From NCBI GenBank assembly GCA_025924315.1, contig JAICIO010000027.1, forward strand, positions 1-61,750: a stretch of DNA of 61,750 bases, read 5' to 3'. Shown here piece by piece: positions 30,730 through 39,219 of the stretch (the stretch's first letter is position 1; the number at the start of each line of letters is the position of its first letter). The stretch is from Phycisphaerae bacterium. GTDB taxonomy: Bacteria > Planctomycetota > Phycisphaerae > Tepidisphaerales > Tepidisphaeraceae. The position numbers were made by a program, and so were the translations under genes. The notes beneath the pieces were generated by a model. The model searched no databases and was not told the DNA's origin. It worked only from the letters and a program-made list of their open reading frames with translations.

Positions 30730-31647
30730 ATGGACAATTCAGCGAAAAAGTTGGCCGGCGTGCTGCCGGTGTTTCAGACGCCTTATCACGACGATGAATC
30801 GATCGACGCGGCGACGCTGGGGCGCGAGATTCAGTGGCTTTATGACTGTGGGGCGGATGGCATCGTGATGGCGATGGTGTCGGAGGTGCTGCGGCTGGAC
30901 ACGCTGGAGCGGCGCGAGCTGGCGGAGCTGGCGTGCAAGTTTGGCCGCGAGCGCGGGGCGGTGGTGATCAGCGTGGGGGCAGAGAGCAGTAAGTCGGCAG
31001 AAGGATACGCGCAGCATGCGGAGGCGAACGGGGCCGCGGCGGTGATGGCGATTCCGCCGGTTTCTGTTGCGATTGGTGAAGACGAACTTTTGCGCTATTA
31101 CGAGCGGATTATTGGGGCGATCGAGATTCCGGTGATCGTGCAGGACGCGAGCGGTTACGTCGGCCGGCCGATGCCGATCGCGATGCAGGCGCGGCTGATG
31201 AACAGCTTCGGCCGTGAGCGCGTGCTGTTCAAACCGGAAGCGACGCCGATCGGTCCGCGGCTCAGCGCGCTGCGCGATGGGACGAAGGGTGAGGCGAGAA
31301 TCTTCGAAGGCACCGGCGGGATCGCGCTGCTCGACAGCCACCGCCGCGGGATCGTCGGCACGATGCCGGGTGCGGATCTGATCAAGGGAATCGTGGCGCT
31401 GTGGCGGGCGCTTGAGGCAAAGGACGAAAAGCGCGCCTACGAGCTTTCGCTGCCGATCTCATCGCTCGTCGCGGTTCAAAACTCGCTCGACGCGTTTCTC
31501 GCGATCGAGAAATATCTGCTCGTGAAACAGGGAATATTCAAGAACACGCTCGTCCGCGGGCCGGTTGGTTACGCGCTCGACGAAGAGACGCGGCGCGAGG
31601 TGGATCGGCTGTTCGATCTCGTCCTGTGCGCGGTCGGCTCCGTGTAG
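30730..31647 (+). CDS. DapA-family class I aldolase (dihydrodipicolinate synthase / N-acetylneuraminate lyase-like, divergent)
   Basis: DapA-fold length and pattern: TPYHDD..ID...REIQWLYDCGADGIV; KPEATP aligns with the catalytic Lys region. The GxTGE motif is replaced by MAMVSE. The annotated ORF start at 30667 overlaps the tRNA and is rejected. Confidence 0.6.
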   Translation: MDNSAKKLAGVLPVFQTPYHDDESIDAATLGREIQWLYDCGADGIVMAMVSEVLRLDTLERRELAELACKFGRERGAVVISVGAESSKSAEGYAQHAEANGAAAVMAIPPVSVAIGEDELLRYYERIIGAIEIPVIVQDASGYVGRPMPIAMQARLMNSFGRERVLFKPEATPIGPRLSALRDGTKGEARIFEGTGGIALLDSHRRGIVGTMPGADLIKGIVALWRALEAKDEKRAYELSLPISSLVAVQNSLDAFLAIEKYLLVKQGIFKNTLVRGPVGYALDEETRREVDRLFDLVLCAVGSV

Positions 31648-31717
31648 GTGCGCTCATCGCACTGGTTATTTCTTCTGTGCGAGCAATGAATAACCGGTGC
31701 GCTGAAGCGCACTCTAC
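31644..31717. repeat. 75-bp palindromic repeat family copy (divergent variant)
   Basis: gtaggtgcgctcatcgcactggttat-N21-ataaccggtgcgctgaagcgcactctac. Confidence 0.75.
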
Positions 31718-31742
31718 AGGCTGTTGCGTTCGATTCGGGTGA

Positions 31743-31770
31743 TGTCATTCCGAGCGAAGCGAATAATCTG
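31743..31770. repeat. solo copy of the GTCATTCYGAGCGAAGCGAA repeat
   Basis: gtcattccgagcgaagcgaataatctgg. Confidence 0.7.
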
Positions 31771-31856
31771 GCTCTTCATTGCTTTGGCAATCCGTGGCGC
31801 ATGATGGTGAATTCATTCGAGCGATGTTTTGAAGCCGACAAAAAGCGAGAAGAACG

Positions 31857-32945
31857 ATGAAGATCATGGTTGTGCTAATCATCGCGGCCGCGGCCTCATC
31901 CTTGCTCGCGGCGGATGTGCCGGCGACTCAGGATTCCATCAACAAAGTCATCTGCCCGACGTCGCCACAGAATCCGCGGAATGGCGAAGGTGACATCGCC
32001 ATCCTGAACGACCGTCGGTTGTTTCTTACATATTCGCACTGGACGAAAGGCCGCAGCGGCGACGATGCGCCCGCGGACATTTGCGCGAAATACTCCAGTG
32101 ATGGTGGGACATCGTGGTCGAAAGAAGTTGTGCTGATTCCGAACGACGCGATGAACCTGATGAGCGTCAGCCTTCTGCGCCTGCAGAATGGCGAGCTGAT
32201 GCTCGTTTACGGTCGGCGGCACTCCAATGCGCGAATGCAGTGGTACGCGCGGTTTTCGAGCGATGAAGCGAAAACCTGGAGCGGCGATTCGCTCGTTACG
32301 CCGATTTCCGCATATCAGGTGATCAACAACGCTCGGGTGGTTCAGCTCAAGAGCGGCCGCCTGCTCGCGCCCGTCGCTCTGTGTCGCGGGAAAACGTGGA
32401 AAGAGGATTACTTCTTCATGGACGGCTGTTACTGGTCCGACGACAACGGCCGGACATGGAAAGGCGGCGATCAGAAGCTGACGGTGAAAGGTTCGTCGTT
32501 CGGCGCGGACGAGCCGGCCGTCATCGAGCTGAAACATGGCCGTGTGATGATGCTGATCCGCACCGACACCGGGCGAATCAATCGCTCGTTCTCATCCGAT
32601 GGCGGCGAACACTGGAGCGAGCCGGAAGCGACCGATCTCGCCAGTCCGTCCAGCCCGTCGAGCATCAAACGAATTCCAGGCACCGGCGACCTGCTCATCG
32701 TATGGAATAATGCTGAGCCTCTCGCTCGAAATCGCGGTGAGCCACGAAACCCGCTCACCTGTGCGGTTTCCCACGATGAGGGGAAGAGCTGGGAACGCGT
32801 TCGCAATCTCGAAGACACGCCCGGCGGTGATTACTGCTATACATCGATCACCTTTGACGCGCACGAGCGCGTGATTCTCACATATTACGAGCACGCCGCC
32901 CTGAAGCTGCGGATCCTCACCGTGTCCGAGCTCGTGGGTAAATAG
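31857..32945 (+). CDS. secreted BNR/Asp-box repeat exo-alpha-sialidase-like glycosidase
   Basis: Signal peptide. Asp-box motifs SSDGGTSWS, SDDNGRTWK, SSDGGEHWS, SHDEGKSWE. Confidence 0.7.
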   Translation: MKIMVVLIIAAAASSLLAADVPATQDSINKVICPTSPQNPRNGEGDIAILNDRRLFLTYSHWTKGRSGDDAPADICAKYSSDGGTSWSKEVVLIPNDAMNLMSVSLLRLQNGELMLVYGRRHSNARMQWYARFSSDEAKTWSGDSLVTPISAYQVINNARVVQLKSGRLLAPVALCRGKTWKEDYFFMDGCYWSDDNGRTWKGGDQKLTVKGSSFGADEPAVIELKHGRVMMLIRTDTGRINRSFSSDGGEHWSEPEATDLASPSSPSSIKRIPGTGDLLIVWNNAEPLARNRGEPRNPLTCAVSHDEGKSWERVRNLEDTPGGDYCYTSITFDAHERVILTYYEHAALKLRILTVSELVGK

Positions 32946-33047
32946 CGGATCTTTATCGATCGAAGTGATCGGGTGGTCTGGCGAATGAGAAAGCGCGTTC
33001 GTGATGGACCGAAACCGCAATGACGTAGTAAACGACATTGGCGGGTA

Positions 33048-34316
33048 ATGCCGCCACCAGTCCGGAAAGATCGGTCGCCACAAGTCCTGCTCGCAGCTTT
33101 ACTTCCCGCGTCGTCGGCGTTGCAACGGAGTTGGAATAATCTTTGCTCGGTGTGTTGTGTGTCGCAGACCGAAGAGAAATCCGCGCCTGCCGAAAGCGAG
33201 AAACCGAAGAAACGACGCTCGTGGTGGCGGATTGTCGGCATCTTCTTTGGCATCGTGGTCCTTCTGCTGATCGGGGCGCGCCTCGCCTTACCCGGCTTCC
33301 TGCGCTGGTACGTCAACCGCACGATCGACCAGAACCCGCTATATGACGGGAAGATTACCGACATCGAAGTCCATCTCTGGCGCGGCGCGTACACCATCAC
33401 TGAAGTGCGCCTGCTGAAAACCACCGGCAACGTTCCAGTCCCGCTTTTCTCCGCGAAAAAACTCGAGCTCGCGATCCAATGGGACGCGCTGCTTCACCGC
33501 AGGCTCGTCGGGAAAATTGTCATCGATCAACCTGAGCTGAACTTCGTCGACGCGCCGAGCGAATCGGATTCGCAGACGGGCGCTGGTGGGCCGTGGCTGC
33601 AAATCATTCGCGATCTATTTCCGTTCAAGATCAACAGCTGCGAGATTCACGACGGCTCGATTCACTTCCGCGCGTTTCAACGCGATCCGCCGGTCGATGT
33701 TTACCTCAGCCATCTCGATGGCGCGATTAAAAATCTCACCAACATTCGCGACGAGACGACCCCGATGATGGCGACCGTCGATGCGACGGCGCTGGCGATG
33801 GACCAGGCTCGCTTTGAATATCACATGAAGTTCAACCCGTTTTCGTATCGTCCGAATTTTCAGATCGCGGTGCGATTGCTGGGGCTGGACGTGACGCAGA
33901 CGAACGCGCTCGCCCGGTCGTACGGCGCGTTCGATTTCGAACGCGGCTATTTCGATCTCGTTGTCGAGCTCAATGCCAAAGCCGGCGGACTTCAGGGTTA
34001 CGTCAAACCACTCTTTCGTGATATCAAGGTGTTCAGCTTGAAGAACGACATCAAAAAGGACAATCCGCTTCAGCTCTTCTGGGAAGCGCTGGTCGGCCTG
34101 GCGACGGACATACTGAAGAATCAGCCGCGCGACCAGTTCGGAACGCAGATCCCGATCACCGGAACGCTGGATAATCCGCGGGAAGATATTCTGGTGACGG
34201 TCGGAAACATTTTGCGCAACGCGTTCATTCGCGCGTATCTGCCGCGGCTCGAAGGGACGACGCCGGATATCGACTGGATGCAGTTCGGCGCGCCAGCGGT
34301 GGAAGAGACTCATTGA
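33048..34316 (+). CDS. DUF748-like membrane-anchored protein (start uncertain)
   Basis: KKRRSWWRIVGIFFGIVVLLLIGARLALPGFLRWYVNRTIDQN matches the N-terminal architecture of DUF748 proteins. No ATG near the TM; possible GTG start around 33158. Confidence 0.4.
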   Translation: MPPPVRKDRSPQVLLAALLPASSALQRSWNNLCSVCCVSQTEEKSAPAESEKPKKRRSWWRIVGIFFGIVVLLLIGARLALPGFLRWYVNRTIDQNPLYDGKITDIEVHLWRGAYTITEVRLLKTTGNVPVPLFSAKKLELAIQWDALLHRRLVGKIVIDQPELNFVDAPSESDSQTGAGGPWLQIIRDLFPFKINSCEIHDGSIHFRAFQRDPPVDVYLSHLDGAIKNLTNIRDETTPMMATVDATALAMDQARFEYHMKFNPFSYRPNFQIAVRLLGLDVTQTNALARSYGAFDFERGYFDLVVELNAKAGGLQGYVKPLFRDIKVFSLKNDIKKDNPLQLFWEALVGLATDILKNQPRDQFGTQIPITGTLDNPREDILVTVGNILRNAFIRAYLPRLEGTTPDIDWMQFGAPAVEETH

Positions 34317-34329
34317 AAGGAAAGCAGCG

Positions 34330-34947
34330 ATGAATCGATTGATGACCGGGGCGCTAGGTGTGTTGATCGGCGCGACCATGCTAGGCGGATGTGGTTCGCA
34401 GGGGACGACGCCGGACAAGGATTTCCACACTTCCGGCAGCCGCGAGGCGGATCAGCGCGCTGAGACGCGGATCGCGAAAGATCAGCAGATTCGTGGGAAG
34501 GGAACCGGCGCGGATGACAGCAAGAAGGACGTGAAGAAACCGCTGTACGATCGCCTCGGCGGCGAGCAGGGCCTGACCGCGATCGTCGATGATTTCGTCA
34601 ACCGCATGCTCAACGATCCGCGGGTGAATTTCGTGCGCAAGGGCGTGACGAAAGGCTCTATCCTGAATCGCGAATCGGCCCAGTGGGACGCATCGGCCGC
34701 CAATGTCGCGCAGCTCAAGAAGCACATCGTGCAGCTGCTCTCGCTCTCGACGGGCGGTCCGTCGCACTACGACGGCCGCGAGATGAAGGAAGCGCACACC
34801 GGCCTGCATATCACCAACGCCGAAATGGACGCGGCGATTGGCGACCTCAAAGCCACGCTCGACAAGCTCGCTGTCGCGACGGAAGAGCAAAAGGAATTGA
34901 TGGCCATCATCGAAAGCACGCGCCCACAGATCGTCGAGGAGAAGTAA
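34330..34947 (+). CDS. lipoprotein with truncated-hemoglobin (2/2 globin, group I-like) domain
   Basis: Lipobox MLGGCGS. Globin core LYDRLGGEQGLTAIVDDFVNRMLNDPRV...HTGLHITNAEMDAAIGDL. Confidence 0.6.
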   Translation: MNRLMTGALGVLIGATMLGGCGSQGTTPDKDFHTSGSREADQRAETRIAKDQQIRGKGTGADDSKKDVKKPLYDRLGGEQGLTAIVDDFVNRMLNDPRVNFVRKGVTKGSILNRESAQWDASAANVAQLKKHIVQLLSLSTGGPSHYDGREMKEAHTGLHITNAEMDAAIGDLKATLDKLAVATEEQKELMAIIESTRPQIVEEK

Positions 34948-34965
34948 AGCCGACTCGAGCGTTTT

Positions 34966-34990
34966 TAGGGTCCGCTCGAGCGGACCCTAC
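34966..34990. repeat. minimal copy (outer stem only) of the palindromic repeat family
   Basis: tagggtccgctcgagcggaccctac. Confidence 0.6.
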
Positions 34991-35024
34991 CCATGCGCCC
35001 TCCTGCGCAGATAATTGATCGTGC

Positions 35025-36011
35025 ATGAGCACGGTCGCCTTCACATGTCCACGATGTTTTTTCACCGCGAATGTATCGGAGGAATTGCGCTATTGTCCGC
35101 ACTGCGGATTGCCGGACGCCATGGACGCCGCGCTCGACCACGAACCGATCGAGGTGACCGTCGGCTCGCAGCGCTTTGAGGTTTTTGACCGCATCGAGAT
35201 CGGCGCGATCAGCACGATCTACCGCTGTCGTTTTCAATCCACAGGGCGGGAGGTGGAAGGAATTTTCAAAATTGCGCGCGATCCGCGCGTGAACGAGCTG
35301 ATCGAGAACGAAGCCCGCTTTCTTCGTCGATTGCATGCGGCGCCCGAGGCCGCACGCTTCACTGCATTCCTTCCCGCGATCGAAGAATCATTTCGGTTTG
35401 GTGACGGATCGTCTGTGCGGCGGCAGGCGAACATTCTGCGAATGCATCCTGAGATTCGATCACCGGACGAGTTGTATTCGCTCGTCGAAATCAAAGCTCA
35501 ATACCCCGATGGCCTCGATCCTCGCGATGTCGCATGGATCTGGCGACGATTGCTGAGCGTCATCGGCCACGTCCACGCGCATGACATTGTTCACACGCAG
35601 GTATTGCCGATGCACGTATTGGTTGAGCCGCGCGAACACAAACTGGTGCTGGTGGACTGGTGTTGTGCGCAGTCGCTTGTCGAACAGCGAGCGCCTACGA
35701 TCATCAGCGGCGGGTATCGAGCCTGGTACAATCGTGCCGGCGGCGCAACGGAGCCGGCGACGCGTGGGCTCGACATTGACTTTGGCGCGCGGTGCATGAT
35801 CGATTTGATGGGAGGCGACCCGGTCGCCGAGACGTTTCCGCTGAATCTCGACCCGGCGCTGCAGCGGTATTTCCAGCGATGCTTGTCCCCGAAGTCGCCT
35901 GGTTCAACCGACGCGTTTCGCCTGCTCGCGGATTTCGACCATCTGATCGAAACGCTTTGGGGCCCGCGGAAATATCGGCCGCTGGAACTCGCGCCCAAGT
36001 CGCGAAAGTAG
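35025..36011 (+). CDS. zinc-ribbon plus protein-kinase-like (possibly pseudokinase) domain protein
   Basis: CPRC...CPHC ribbon. Gly-loop-like GAISTIYRC, IFKIAR (VAIK-like), HAHDIVHTQVLPMHVLV (HRD-like with HTQ), LVLVDWCCAQ (DFG-like DWC). Confidence 0.5.
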   Translation: MSTVAFTCPRCFFTANVSEELRYCPHCGLPDAMDAALDHEPIEVTVGSQRFEVFDRIEIGAISTIYRCRFQSTGREVEGIFKIARDPRVNELIENEARFLRRLHAAPEAARFTAFLPAIEESFRFGDGSSVRRQANILRMHPEIRSPDELYSLVEIKAQYPDGLDPRDVAWIWRRLLSVIGHVHAHDIVHTQVLPMHVLVEPREHKLVLVDWCCAQSLVEQRAPTIISGGYRAWYNRAGGATEPATRGLDIDFGARCMIDLMGGDPVAETFPLNLDPALQRYFQRCLSPKSPGSTDAFRLLADFDHLIETLWGPRKYRPLELAPKSRK

Positions 36012-36027
36012 AAAAGGGAGGTGTGCT

Positions 36028-36984
36028 ATGGGAAGTGGAGTCTGGTCACCGGCGACGTATTTCGACCGAGCCGATCTGCGGGCGCGCACCGGCAAGGATG
36101 TCTTCGATTACAGCAAAGGCGCGCATCGCTCGGGGCAATTGCGTGTGCATCAAACGCTCGATCCGATGCGGCTCGGCGTGCGCGAAAGCCGCGACAGCGA
36201 CGAGCATCCGGACTCGAACGCGATCATCATCGGCCTCGATGTCACCGGCTCGATGGATCGCGTTGTGCGCGGCATTCACGCCGATCTTCCGCGGCTGTTC
36301 GAGCTCCTGCTTGGGCACCGGTACATCCCGCATCCGCAAATTATGTTCGCGGCAGTTGGAGATGCGACATGCGATCGCGTGCCGCTGCAGGTCGGGCAGT
36401 TCGAGTCCGACAATCGCATGGACCAGAACCTCGAGAACATGATTCTCGAAGGCGGCGGCGGTGGGCAGAAGACAGAATCATACGAGCTGATGCTGTATCT
36501 CGCGGCGCGGCACACGTCGATCGACTGCTACGAGAAACGTCAGCGCAAAGGCTATTTGTTCCTGATCGGCGATGAAATGGCATATTCGTACGTGCGCGCG
36601 CAGATTGTGAATCGCGTTTTCGGCGGAGGCGCGCAGGCGGATATTCCGGTCGAGCAGATCGTCGCGGAGGTCAAGGAGCGCTATCAGCTGTACTTCATCG
36701 TGCCGGGCGGCGCGTCGCACGGCGGCGACCGGCAGGTGCTGAATTTCTGGCAGAAGCTCGTCGGCGAGAACAACGTGCTGCGGCTCGATAATCCGAACGA
36801 GACATCGGAATGCATCGGCCTGACGATCGGCGTGAACGAAGGGGCGGTGAATGTCGAGCAGGGCATCGAGCACCTGCGCGCCAAGGGCATCGTCGGCCGC
36901 ACCATCGACGCGATTCGCAGCGCGCTGGGCAGCATCGTGAACGGCGGGCCGGCAACTCCCACCAAGCGCTCGCGCCACTTGTGA
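36028..36984 (+). CDS. von Willebrand factor type A (vWA) domain protein with MIDAS motif
   Basis: IIIGLDVTGSMD (DxTGS). Rossmann-like alternation of strands and helices. 17 nt after the kinase-like gene. Confidence 0.7.
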   Translation: MGSGVWSPATYFDRADLRARTGKDVFDYSKGAHRSGQLRVHQTLDPMRLGVRESRDSDEHPDSNAIIIGLDVTGSMDRVVRGIHADLPRLFELLLGHRYIPHPQIMFAAVGDATCDRVPLQVGQFESDNRMDQNLENMILEGGGGGQKTESYELMLYLAARHTSIDCYEKRQRKGYLFLIGDEMAYSYVRAQIVNRVFGGGAQADIPVEQIVAEVKERYQLYFIVPGGASHGGDRQVLNFWQKLVGENNVLRLDNPNETSECIGLTIGVNEGAVNVEQGIEHLRAKGIVGRTIDAIRSALGSIVNGGPATPTKRSRHL

Positions 36985-38267
36985 TGAACAAGGCTCCGCG
37001 AGCATTTCAAGTGGTGGATCTTGCCTTCGGCGACTGCGGGAAGGGAACGATCGTCGACTTCCTGACGCGCCGCTTCGACGTGCGGGCGGTCGTGCGCTTC
37101 AACGGCGGACCGCAGGCGGGCCACAACGTCGTCACGCCCGACGGCCGGCATCACACCTTCGCGCACTTCGGCAGCGGATCATTCGTTCCCGGCGTCCGCA
37201 CGCTTCTCTCGCGGTTCATGCTGATTGAGCCCTATGCGCTCTTCAACGAGGCGGCGCACCTCGACTCGATCGGCATACGCGATCCGATGCGACTGCTCGA
37301 AATCGACTCGCGATGTCGCGTGATCACGCCGCCGCAGATCGCTGCGAACCGCTTGCGCGAGCTCGCCCGCGGCGCGAATGCCCACGGCACCTGCGGAATG
37401 GGCGTCGGTGAAACGGTCGCCGATTCGATTGCGGATCCAAAGCTCGTGCTGCGGGCCGGAGACCTGCGTCACCGTGATCAGCTAGCGCCTCGTCTGCGCG
37501 CCATTGCCGAGAAGAAAGCAGGCGAACTCAAACAAGTCGTAGAAGCATGTCGCGAGATTCCGCGCGCCGTTCCGTCGATTGAAACGTTGCAGGATCTGCG
37601 CTGGATCGACGCGGCGATCGAGACATCCGCGGCTCTTTCGCGCGAAGCATCGATCGTTGACGCCCTAACGATTCCTGCCGACAGCAACGTAATCTTTGAG
37701 GGCGCTCAAGGCGTGCTGCTGGACGAAACCGCCGGATTCCACCCGCACACGACCTGGAGCACGACGACGTTTGCGAACAGCGATCGGTTGCGGGATGAAC
37801 TGCAATCTCCGCTGAATCGCCTCCGAATCGGCGTGTTGCGATGCTATTTCACGCGTCATGGCCCGGGCCCCTTCGTCACAGAAGATGATTCGATTCGCGC
37901 AAGACTGCCTGAACTTCACAACGATGCAAGCGGCTGGCAGGGCATGTTCCGCGTCGGCCACTTCGACTGCGTCGCGGCACGATATGCGATGGAAGCCTGC
38001 GGCGGGGTAGACGCGCTCGCCGTCACGCATCTTGATCGGTGGGCGGCGATTTCGAATCAGGTGTGCGATGCCTATGAACGCGATGGTGCCGGCATAACGG
38101 AACTGCGGCCGGACACGCCACTCGATGAATACCGGCCGATTTACAAGCGCGTCGGGGATCGAGAAGAAGAGTTCCTGAAGTATCTGGAAGAACAGTTAAA
38201 CGCGCCGGTGGCGATTCGTTCGTTCGGGCCAACCTATCTGGAAAAATCGCTGCCCAAAGAGATTTGA
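36984..38267 (+). CDS. divergent adenylosuccinate synthetase (PurA)-family protein, translationally coupled to the vWA gene
   Basis: GDCGKGTIVD (compare GDEGKGKIVD), GGPQAGHN (compare GGHNAGHT), FEGAQGVLLDETAGFHPHTTWSTTTFAN (compare [25 protein letters not shown]). The start ATG overlaps the vWA stop (TGATG). Confidence 0.7.
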   Translation: MNKAPRAFQVVDLAFGDCGKGTIVDFLTRRFDVRAVVRFNGGPQAGHNVVTPDGRHHTFAHFGSGSFVPGVRTLLSRFMLIEPYALFNEAAHLDSIGIRDPMRLLEIDSRCRVITPPQIAANRLRELARGANAHGTCGMGVGETVADSIADPKLVLRAGDLRHRDQLAPRLRAIAEKKAGELKQVVEACREIPRAVPSIETLQDLRWIDAAIETSAALSREASIVDALTIPADSNVIFEGAQGVLLDETAGFHPHTTWSTTTFANSDRLRDELQSPLNRLRIGVLRCYFTRHGPGPFVTEDDSIRARLPELHNDASGWQGMFRVGHFDCVAARYAMEACGGVDALAVTHLDRWAAISNQVCDAYERDGAGITELRPDTPLDEYRPIYKRVGDREEEFLKYLEEQLNAPVAIRSFGPTYLEKSLPKEI

Positions 38268-38309
38268 CGATCGCCGCGACATCGTCACTGGATGCGCCTC
38301 ATCAATTCG

Positions 38310-39131
38310 TCAATCCAGGTTCTTCTTCAGGAACTTGATCGTCTCTTCCCACGCGCCTTTCGCCGCTTTGGCGTTTTCTGCCTTTGCGGTTTGTTGACGT
38401 AAGAAACCGTGGCCGGCGCCGTCGAAGATCATCGCGGCGTAGGATTTTTTCAGCTCGCTCATTAAGCGCTTTGTGGGCTCCACGGTTTTCGTGACGCGAG
38501 CGTCGTCGCCGCCGTAGCAGCCCATGATCGGCGCGGTGATCTGATCGAGGCCGGATTCGGGCGGTGTGCCGTAGTACACGACGGCGGCGGTGAGTTTGGG
38601 TTGATGGGCGGCGTAGGCGAAGCTCTTTCCGCCGCCCCAGCAGAAGCCGATCGTCGCGGTTCGGTCGTTCGCGTTCGGCAGGCCCATCGCATAATTGCGC
38701 ACGGCATCCAGATCTTTGTTCACTTCGTCGAGCGACAGTTTCTGAATCGCGCTGCGCACATCGTCGCCCTTGAACGATTCGGTCCCACCGCCATTCGGGC
38801 CTTTGCCCGAAAGCAGATCCGGCGCGATCGCGACGAATCCTTCGGCCGCGAGCTGGTCGGTCACCGCCCGCACCCAATCGGTCATGCCGAAGATTTCGTG
38901 AATGACAATAACAACCGGCGCTTTGTCGGATCGCTCGGGATGGACGATCCAGCAATGCAGCTTCGTCTCGCTGCCCTCGACCGGAACATCAACCCATTCG
39001 CCGTGACGAGTCGATGTCTGCAGCGACTTCATCGCGTCGGCGTTGTCGGGGGCCATCGTTTTCACTTCCTCATCTGCTTGAGTCATAGGAACCGCAACGC
39101 AAAGGAACATCAACAACGCCAGAGCTTTCAT
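38310..39131 (-). CDS. secreted dienelactone hydrolase-family alpha/beta hydrolase
   Basis: Signal peptide MKALALLMFLCVAVPMTQA. Family motifs HEIFGMTDWVRAVTDQLAAEGFVAIAPDL and IGFCWGG. Confidence 0.7.
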   Translation of the reverse strand: MKALALLMFLCVAVPMTQADEEVKTMAPDNADAMKSLQTSTRHGEWVDVPVEGSETKLHCWIVHPERSDKAPVVIVIHEIFGMTDWVRAVTDQLAAEGFVAIAPDLLSGKGPNGGGTESFKGDDVRSAIQKLSLDEVNKDLDAVRNYAMGLPNANDRTATIGFCWGGGKSFAYAAHQPKLTAAVVYYGTPPESGLDQITAPIMGCYGGDDARVTKTVEPTKRLMSELKKSYAAMIFDGAGHGFLRQQTAKAENAKAAKGAWEETIKFLKKNLD

Positions 39132-39219
39132 TCCATCTCCTTCCAAAAAGCCGCGAAATCGCAAGCGACGTTTTGACCCGCGGACGTGATGAACGTCGCT
39201 TGCGATCTCGCGTCCGTGA

